Assembly (NCBI GenBank): GCA_048882505.1
Contig: JBHLRO010000055.1
Span: 1 to 6,798, forward strand
Reading direction: 5' to 3'
Source: Candidatus Thorarchaeota archaeon
GTDB lineage: Archaea > Asgardarchaeota > Heimdallarchaeia > Hodarchaeales > Hodarchaeaceae
Length of the DNA stretch: 6,798 nucleotides
The notes below the pieces were generated by a model that was not told the DNA's origin, did not search any database, and saw only the letters and a list, made by a program, of their open reading frames with translations. Of this stretch, positions 1-5,502 are shown in pieces (within the stretch, counting starts at the first letter, position 1; each line of letters opens with the position of its first letter). Made by a program: the position numbers and the translations under genes.

Positions 1-173
1 AGGCGTTTCAGGACAACCACCAAGTTTTCGACCTGTTCTTTACTGAGGTTTCCCCCGAAGACACTATATTGAAATCGTTCAAGACCAAAATCCTCTAGGA
101 CGCCAATGATCTTCGTACGAAGACGAGTATGGTCTTGTGGGACGTCATAAACCACGATTTGTTTGTAGTCCAC
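1..173 (-). CDS. cas2: CRISPR-associated endoribonuclease Cas2 (5' part; truncated by window edge)
   Basis: Not in the ORF track; translated by hand from GTG at 173: (M)DYKQIVVYDVPQDHTRLRTKIIGVLEDFGLERFQYSVFGGNLSKEQVENLVVVLKR... It has the Cas2 hallmarks VVYD (catalytic Asp) and R-x-Q-Y-S-V-F. It starts 7 nt after the cas1 stop, with a GGTGA Shine-Dalgarno-like element at 185-181. Confidence 0.95.
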   Translation of the reverse strand, partial: MDYKQIVVYDVPQDHTRLRTKIIGVLEDFGLERFQYSVFGGNLSKEQVENLVVVLKR

Positions 174-180
174 GAACTCG

Positions 181-1227
181 TCACCAGGAATAATGGAATG
201 GAGAGTAGGAGGAGGTTCTCCCCAGGAGGTAATGGATCACTTTCCGAGCTTGCAGAAGGATGATCTGGTCAAGACGATACTGTTTACCATCGAATTGAAG
301 TCGGGTTTCGAAACGTTCATCTAGTTTGGTAAAGAGTTTACTCTTCCCTAACTTGCTCAGAAGATGTTTACCATTATCTACGGTAAAATCATCGGTGATA
401 TTGAATTGCCTGGAAATCGCGAGATCAAAGACCGCTCTGTCGACGATAGGTTGACGAAATTCCTCGGCCAGATCGATAGCGAGGGAGGGGCGGCCTGAAC
501 GGTCCACATGGAGGTAACCCCCGTAAGGATCGAGTCCGGTAGCAACAGCTTGGATGAGGGTTCGAGAGTTGAGGATGACGTATCCGTAGCTGAGGGCGGC
601 GTTAAGGGGGTCACGAGGTGGGTGTTTTTGGCGTCCTTGGAATTCAAATTTGGGGTCGAGCATAGAAACGATCGCCTGATAATAGAGATGGGTGCCTTGT
701 CCTTCAATGCCCATCAAGTTGGTTCGGACGGTTTCCAGATCTCCGTCTATCTCGGTGGCGCGTTGGGCGAGGAGTCGTATCTCGGTAGCCGCCTCTGTGA
801 GGGATTGGGCAACTGCGGGATTTGAAGTGGTACGATTTTTTGCGTAAGAAAGGAGGAGGTTGGCCTTGGTTTGGAGGGGGCCGTGGACAAATGCCTTGGC
901 AAGGGTGACCCCACGGAGATCGGTAAACGCGACGAATTGCTCGCGTCGAGTCCGAACCGTGCCATGAGCATGGAATGGGTGGGTGATCCCAACCACCTTG
1001 TGTCTGTCCAAGATGACAATGGGGATGCAGTGAGAGAGTAACAGAACCCGTGCGGGATTGGTAATGTGGACATGGGATTCACACACTACCCCCGTAAGAT
1101 TAATTACTGGGATTTTTTGGGTTGTTTTGACTTCGTTACCTTCTTCGTCGTATTTGCTCTGAACCACAAGGGTTCGGGAGGACTTACTTACTGAGATGCC
1201 GTACGAGAGTAACATAAGAGTGGACAT
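181..1227 (-). CDS. cas1: CRISPR-associated endonuclease/integrase Cas1
   Basis: Cas1 motifs: LMGIEG (E190 in ORF-track numbering), FQGRQKHPPRDPLNAALSYGY, GLDPYGGYLH (H255) and PSLAIDLAEEFRQPIVDR (D267/E270); the catalytic set looks intact. The start is placed at ATG 1227 (MSTLMLL..., 348 aa) rather than 1272. GGTGAGG (1243-1237) precedes it, and this start removes the overlap with the upstream gene. Confidence 0.97.
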   Translation of the reverse strand: MSTLMLLSYGISVSKSSRTLVVQSKYDEEGNEVKTTQKIPVINLTGVVCESHVHITNPARVLLLSHCIPIVILDRHKVVGITHPFHAHGTVRTRREQFVAFTDLRGVTLAKAFVHGPLQTKANLLLSYAKNRTTSNPAVAQSLTEAATEIRLLAQRATEIDGDLETVRTNLMGIEGQGTHLYYQAIVSMLDPKFEFQGRQKHPPRDPLNAALSYGYVILNSRTLIQAVATGLDPYGGYLHVDRSGRPSLAIDLAEEFRQPIVDRAVFDLAISRQFNITDDFTVDNGKHLLSKLGKSKLFTKLDERFETRLQFDGKQYRLDQIILLQARKVIHYLLGRTSSYSPFHYSW

Positions 1228-1231
1228 GGGC

Positions 1232-2170
1232 TCATTCCTCACCTTGGTAATATACTCGGCCCTGGAGGTCACGTAAATTGATCCAAAAAGTCTGTGACGA
1301 TGACTTCAGGAGCACCAATTCGCCTCGCGCTAGCATGACCTCGCCTGCAACTACCATGGGATAACGTGTAATTGGACAATTCATGAGAGGGATTTTTTCA
1401 GAGAATTGGGGAGCGAGGATGTCCCAATAGTCCTGTGTTAGTATAACGTGATCCAACAGAACGAGTTCAGGAAACACTTTGTGGATGTGTAAACCGATGT
1501 CTTGAAAATTAAAGACGGAAGGGGCAGAATGAGGGGCATGTATGAGGGCCTGAAGCTTGTCTTCGAAGCCCATTATTGTGGAAACCTTGAAATGGCGAGC
1601 CAATTCTTGCTCCAATTGCTGGGCCCAAGCGAGGGAGAGTGGTGTCAATCCCTCGAACACCAGGACTTCATCAAAGCCTTGGTCCATGATTCGTGACAAG
1701 TAACCTTGGGGAGCATCGCCCAAATATCTTCGGGTGATACCTACTTTGGAGTATATTCCAAGACGTCCCCAATAAATCACATATTCCGCTTGGCAGTACC
1801 GTTGGCAGAATGACTCGTCTCCGCATTGCGGGTGGTCGTGTGGATCACATGGTGTACCAAAGGGGTGGCCTGCCTGGGTGAAGAGACAACTTAATTGCAA
1901 ATTAAAAGGTTCTCCTTGGCAGGAGGTACACCATCCCGTCCAGTTGGTCTCCTCAGAGGGCGTAAGGCAAGTGGTACAATAGCGCTGTTCAGAGAACAAG
2001 AAGTGTCTATACCCAAAAAAGGGGGTAAACCACAGTGTTTCATCTCGTTTGATGCGAAGATATGGGATTAGTAACCCATTCCAATAATGGTATTGGAACC
2101 CAGTCATAACCCATGGTCCACACCACTGGGAGGTCACGAATGGTAAAATTTTCTCGCTTTCCACGAACAT
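1232..2170 (-). CDS. DUF2797-family protein; Cys-rich putative metal-binding N-half plus GIY-YIG-like putative nuclease core
   Basis: 312 aa. It has CxxC (65/68), CxxC (81/84) and further Cys at 95, 108, 116, 122 and 126. These are followed by YVIY...KVGITR...SRIMDQG...LEQEL and a C-terminal GEVMLARGELVLL...NLRDLQGR. This matches my recollection of the DUF2797 signature (VYLA...KVGxTR...RWxDQGA...E; GxLxGxKGxYL...NxRxxxG). GGGAGAG lies just upstream of ATG 2170; M22 (2107) is an alternative start. Confidence 0.8.
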   Translation of the reverse strand: MFVESEKILPFVTSQWCGPWVMTGFQYHYWNGLLIPYLRIKRDETLWFTPFFGYRHFLFSEQRYCTTCLTPSEETNWTGWCTSCQGEPFNLQLSCLFTQAGHPFGTPCDPHDHPQCGDESFCQRYCQAEYVIYWGRLGIYSKVGITRRYLGDAPQGYLSRIMDQGFDEVLVFEGLTPLSLAWAQQLEQELARHFKVSTIMGFEDKLQALIHAPHSAPSVFNFQDIGLHIHKVFPELVLLDHVILTQDYWDILAPQFSEKIPLMNCPITRYPMVVAGEVMLARGELVLLKSSSQTFWINLRDLQGRVYYQGEE

Positions 2171-2257
2171 ATTTGTAGCTCTCCCTGATAGATTGGGCGA
2201 TATTGACTACTGTCGGTTTAGTTCAAGCAATAAAAATATTTAATAATGTTACGGTAT

Positions 2258-2280
2258 TATATTTCCGAAATTGAAATATA
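2258..2280. repeat. Perfect 8-bp inverted repeat TATATTTC-N7-GAAATATA, candidate operator or hairpin upstream of the cas operon
   Basis: Read directly: tatatttc (2258-2265), cgaaatt, gaaatata (2273-2280). It lies in the AT-rich region about 90-110 nt upstream of the DUF2797 start. Confidence 0.45.
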
Positions 2281-2433
2281 TCGTTGACCATTTCTCCTAA
2301 CACGAATTCTTGAATGACTCCTCAACCGGCCTTTAAATTAACTATCAAGACAATATTTACCTGAAAAACGGAAACCAAGCAAGATTTAGATCTTATACCC
2401 TAAAAAATGATTTAGTTGAAGAGTAACTACAAT

Positions 2434-2604
2434 TCAAATTCGTAAAAGCCAATACCCAGTGATCGCGAAGAGTACCAAAACGATGACGGTACCTTTTGTA
2501 AGCAATTGGAACACTACTTCTATGTTTAAAGTGCAGTTTAGCCAATAAGTGCTATTTACAGAAAATGCCGCTTGAAGGAGTATCAGACTGGAGGCCTGAA
2601 TCAT
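2434..2604 (-). CDS. Possible small membrane protein (one C-terminal hydrophobic helix)
   Basis: The ORF track gives 2434..2694 (86 aa). The C-terminus VVFQLLTKGTVIVLVLFAITGYWLLRI is hydrophobic. The N-terminal 30 codons cross a GC-rich hairpin region, so ATG 2604 (56 aa) seems the more plausible start. No family recognised. Confidence 0.3.
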   Translation of the reverse strand: MIQASSLILLQAAFSVNSTYWLNCTLNIEVVFQLLTKGTVIVLVLFAITGYWLLRI

Positions 2605-2689
2605 GTCGGGTTGCCCGCCAGGCTGGCCTAAAAGGCAAAAAGTAGGAGAATGACGCTCCCACCCTACGGATTCTAGTTCGGTATTTATG

Positions 2690-2705
2690 AACAAAAGTTT
2701 ATAAG
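2690..2705 (+). promoter_or_regulatory. Archaeal promoter (A-rich BRE + TATA box TTTATAAG) for the RHH/protease module, probably near-leaderless
   Basis: AACAAAAG is followed by TTTATAAG (2698-2705), ending 28 nt before ATG 2734. No Shine-Dalgarno is visible before 2734. Confidence 0.6.
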
Positions 2706-2733
2706 GTCTTTCGTACTGGTAAATTAGATTCTC

Positions 2734-3123
2734 ATGGTTATAGTAAAAGGAACCATTCCCGAGGAGCTAGATCAAAAGTTTCGAAAAATGGTTGCCAAAC
2801 GATATGGATTACGAAAGGGAGCCATTTCAAGCGCTCTTGAGGAAGCTGTAAGGGATTGGGTCGAGAATATTTATCGATCCAAATCTCATCAGCAACTTAG
2901 GACTGGTAACAGTTTTAGGGATGAACTTATTGACAAATATCCAAATAAATACGTTATAATTGACGAAAAAGAAGTCTTGACTGTTGCTGATTCTGTCGTC
3001 GAAGCCACTCAAGAAGTCCGAAGAAAATATCCTGAAAGGGACAAATTTACATTAATTCATGCCGTTCCAAAGACGTATTCTAGAAGACAATTAGGATGGC
3101 GGATACGGAGAAGAAACCAATGA
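2734..3123 (+). CDS. Ribbon-helix-helix (CopG/MetJ-like) DNA-binding domain fused to a DUF5678-like domain
   Basis: The N-terminus MVIVKGTIPEELDQKFRKMVAKRYGLRKGAISSALEEAVRDWVE has the strand-helix-helix pattern of archaeal RHH proteins. The C-half LIDKYPNKYVIIDEKEVLTVADSVVEATQEVRRKYPE resembles DUF5678 (kYxgkyVai...vv..g.s..e). Confidence 0.7.
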   Translation: MVIVKGTIPEELDQKFRKMVAKRYGLRKGAISSALEEAVRDWVENIYRSKSHQQLRTGNSFRDELIDKYPNKYVIIDEKEVLTVADSVVEATQEVRRKYPERDKFTLIHAVPKTYSRRQLGWRIRRRNQ

Positions 3124-3533
3124 TCTGTTGGGAGTTTACTCCTTCCGAATATAGAACTCCACTCTATCAGATGGAGTTAGGTTTATTTGTCACAGCGAAG
3201 GGTGAATGGGTCTCTCCCGCAATACCATTTATCGTGGATACAGGATTTGATGGGGATATTCTTCTGGAAGAAGCCATTTTCGAATCTCTAGGCTTTTCAA
3301 GGTTTGAAGAAGATTCAAAAGACTGGGATTTAGGAGAAACAATTGATGGGGATCATTTAATCTTACGAGCAAGTCATACTGTCGTACAATTAGAGAAAAT
3401 AGAGTTTAAAGTTAGAATCGAAACTTTTCCTGATAATCAGGAGAATCTTGTCGGGAGGGGATTGTTAAACCAAATGATTTCGCAAATCAACGGATTTAAT
3501 AAGGAGTTCTGTTGTTCAACGACGCAACAGTAA
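3120..3533 (+). CDS. Retropepsin-like clan AA aspartic protease (AF_0612-like single-domain type)
   Basis: Catalytic motif FIVDTGFDG and C-terminal LVGRGLLN (the retropepsin hydrophobic-G-R motif). The start is placed at ATG 3120, which overlaps the upstream TGA as ATGA (137 aa); the ORF track starts at 3096. Confidence 0.85.
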   Translation: MICWEFTPSEYRTPLYQMELGLFVTAKGEWVSPAIPFIVDTGFDGDILLEEAIFESLGFSRFEEDSKDWDLGETIDGDHLILRASHTVVQLEKIEFKVRIETFPDNQENLVGRGLLNQMISQINGFNKEFCCSTTQQ

Positions 3534-3602
3534 AAAGTTTAGCTTTCAAAGAGGTTTCTTCTGTTATAGTATTAAATTGATGGCCATTAATCCTTGATTG
3601 AC

Positions 3603-3610
3603 ATTATAAG
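3603..3610 (+). promoter_or_regulatory. Candidate TATA box (ATTATAAG) upstream of bax1-xpb
   Basis: It shares the TTATAAG heptamer with the promoter at 2699-2705 and sits in the intergenic region about 165 nt before the bax1 ATG. A second AT-rich candidate (TATATTTA, 3757-3764) would suit a start at ATG 3796. Confidence 0.3.
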
Positions 3611-3774
3611 CTTCCGCAAAACCGTGTTGGGAGGGCACGATCAATCCGAGGAATTTTCAGACCTGGATTTTAGAGAACGCTGGCCTGGGATGGGGCAATT
3701 CATCTCGAATTAGTGGTTTACCTCCTAGATGATTTCACTCGATATGTTTTCAGAAATATATTTATTTCGGATCT

Positions 3775-5502
3775 ATGGTCGTTACGGTAGATGCTATGGT
3801 TCACATCAGGCAAATCCCATTAGTACGTGACCCGCAGAGTAAAAAGTATCGCCCGAGGTTTCTAACCTCTGGGGACGAAACGCGGTTGGCTTATTGCATT
3901 GCCGATTTTGAATCCCGAATCCAAGCAGGCGAAAAAGATCTTGAAAAAGAAATCGTTCTTGACAATTTTGATGATTGGAAGCTGGGAATGTGCATTTATG
4001 AGGTTCTTTCGAAGTGGTATCCTTACACTCGTCCTACGGGAGACCAACTGGGGATTATGAGCCAAAATCGATTGAAGCTGTGGGAAGTGGTCAATACCAA
4101 TTATAATGGAGCAATTTTGGATCAACAGGAACGGAAAGCGGTGTTTGCCCAGGCCCAGGCATTAAATGAAGCGAAACAAAATAATACAAGCTCAAATATT
4201 AATACTTTCTTCTTCGGGGACTATTTCTACCTCCGTAGACGCATTGTACCAGCAACGACTCCCCAACCTAGAGACTTGTGTAACGGGGTTAATCTACTCA
4301 TCATTAAGACGCTTTTTCGATATGCACAGCAAGTTAAGATTCTTATCCCAAAGGAGGTACCCTCACCATTAAGTTCCAAGCAGGTGAAAACCCTGTTCTA
4401 TTTATCAAAACGTTTTGGGGTTTTTTCGAGCATCAAGAAACTTAATGGCGGTGGGTTGGTTGTAGAAATCACGGGTCCGGTCGAACTGATTGGCCGAAAA
4501 GAGAAGTACGGGAGAAAGATCCACTGGCTCTTCGAACAGCTCCTCAAGTCATGGAAATTTAGCCAGGATGACTGGACGATAACGATTCAAGTGATATGGG
4601 GAAAAGGGATCCGTTTAATCCATTTTCGAATTTCCCATATTATTTCGACACTCGTCAGCGGAAATGATCCAGGAGAGGCTGCACGCGGGATGGATTTTGA
4701 TTCAAACCTGGAGAAACAATTCTATGACATCCTTACCAGCATTTCCCCCTGGGAAATCGAACGTGAGCCCATGATTATCTTGGAGGATGAGATTTTCCTT
4801 CCAGATTTCGCGTTAAGATATCGTAACCTTCCACCCATTTACCTTGAAGTGGCAGGATTCTGGACCGAAGATTATAAAACGAAAAAAATCGACAAATTGA
4901 CAAAATTGGCCCAATCCTCTCTGAACCTTATTGTAATTGCGGATACCAATTTGGAATTCTCGAAGGAATCGTTTCCTTTTCCCATTCTTGAATATGCCCG
5001 ATCGAAGCTCCGTCCGATTCGAAATTATCTATCGCGATTACTGCAACAAACCTATCTTGAGCCATATCATGCCAAACGTATTAGAGAAATCTGGAAGACG
5101 TTCCCTGGTGAAATTGAGGCATGCCTTCAGAAATCTGAATTTGGTGGAGTCATAGCAAGAATGGATCTAGTGAGCAGGCTCGGTCTTGCTGACGTGGAGA
5201 AGATTCACGACTTATTTACGGCCGATCGCACTCGTTCTTACCTTTCAAAACGGAACTGGCAATATATTTCCTTGGTTGGATTAATAAAAACGGAATTGCT
5301 CACATTCTGGAGCCAAAAAATTCGGATACGCTTTCAGAATCGATCCCGCCTGAAAATAGACGTGATTAGGCAGTGTTTCCCTTCGGACCTTCCGAAAGGG
5401 ATGATTCCCCCGATCCTTGAACATTTAGGATATAAGATAAAAATGATCGATCTTGCTACCCAATATGTGGTCAACACACCAGCTCGGAAACGCACGGGCT
5501 AA
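3775..5502 (+). CDS. bax1: Bax1 / DUF790-family PD-(D/E)XK structure-specific endonuclease (XPB partner)
   Basis: Nuclease signature FDSNLEKQF (4696-4722)...WEIEREP...FLPDF (PDF at 4801)...YLEVAGFWTEDYKTKKIDKL, plus the central YGRKIHWLF motif and an N-terminal YRPRF motif typical of DUF790. It is directly adjacent to an XPB-like helicase. The start could be M8 (3796). Confidence 0.9.
   Translation: MVVTVDAMVHIRQIPLVRDPQSKKYRPRFLTSGDETRLAYCIADFESRIQAGEKDLEKEIVLDNFDDWKLGMCIYEVLSKWYPYTRPTGDQLGIMSQNRLKLWEVVNTNYNGAILDQQERKAVFAQAQALNEAKQNNTSSNINTFFFGDYFYLRRRIVPATTPQPRDLCNGVNLLIIKTLFRYAQQVKILIPKEVPSPLSSKQVKTLFYLSKRFGVFSSIKKLNGGGLVVEITGPVELIGRKEKYGRKIHWLFEQLLKSWKFSQDDWTITIQVIWGKGIRLIHFRISHIISTLVSGNDPGEAARGMDFDSNLEKQFYDILTSISPWEIEREPMIILEDEIFLPDFALRYRNLPPIYLEVAGFWTEDYKTKKIDKLTKLAQSSLNLIVIADTNLEFSKESFPFPILEYARSKLRPIRNYLSRLLQQTYLEPYHAKRIREIWKTFPGEIEACLQKSEFGGVIARMDLVSRLGLADVEKIHDLFTADRTRSYLSKRNWQYISLVGLIKTELLTFWSQKIRIRFQNRSRLKIDVIRQCFPSDLPKGMIPPILEHLGYKIKMIDLATQYVVNTPARKRTG

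Noticed and set aside
378-1082. ORF-track frames 378..707 (-), 508..825 (+) and 747..1082 (-)
   Set aside because: They lie wholly within cas1 in other frames or antisense, have low-complexity Ser/Pro-rich or motif-free translations, and are best explained as shadow ORFs.
1228-1272. N-terminal 15-aa extension of Cas1 (MTSRAEYITKVRNEP) overlapping DUF2797
   Set aside because: ATG 1227 has a good GGTGAGG ribosome-binding site and avoids a 41-nt overlap, so the extension is probably an ORF-caller artefact.
1502-1696. 64-aa plus-strand ORF
   Set aside because: Antisense to DUF2797, with no motif or expression signal.
2171-2433. A true CRISPR array or leader in the AT-rich region
   Set aside because: No recurring near-identical repeat with regular spacing is present; only one repeat-like 30-mer, which is reported as a speculative finding.
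2827-3012. 61-aa minus-strand ORF
   Set aside because: Antisense shadow of the RHH-DUF5678 gene.
2693-3541. 9-bp direct repeat AAAAGTTTA (2693-2701 and 3533-3541) flanking the RHH/protease module as a possible target-site duplication
   Set aside because: It is low-complexity, the left copy is part of the promoter, a similar CAAAAGTTT occurs inside the gene (2773-2781), and there is no transposase or terminal inverted repeat.
3543-3573. Minus-strand stretch ending TTGAAAG, like an archaeal CRISPR repeat 3' end
   Set aside because: Single copy, and the rest of the sequence does not resemble a repeat.
3647-3688. GAGGAA... and AGAGAACGCTGGCCT, superficially like RNase P RNA conserved regions I and V
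   Set aside because: The two elements are only about 10 nt apart, far too close for any RNase P RNA, and the P4 pairing is poor.
3862-5155. ORF-track frames 3862..4125 (-), 4166..4372 (+) and 4937..5155 (+)
   Set aside because: Nested in bax1 in alternative frames or antisense, with no recognisable features.
5040-5502. C-terminal ~150 aa of Bax1 as a novel extra domain
   Set aside because: The ending ILEHLGYKIKMIDL resembles the LGYxVxWxxL C-terminus I recall in longer archaeal DUF790 proteins, so it is probably a normal family feature.
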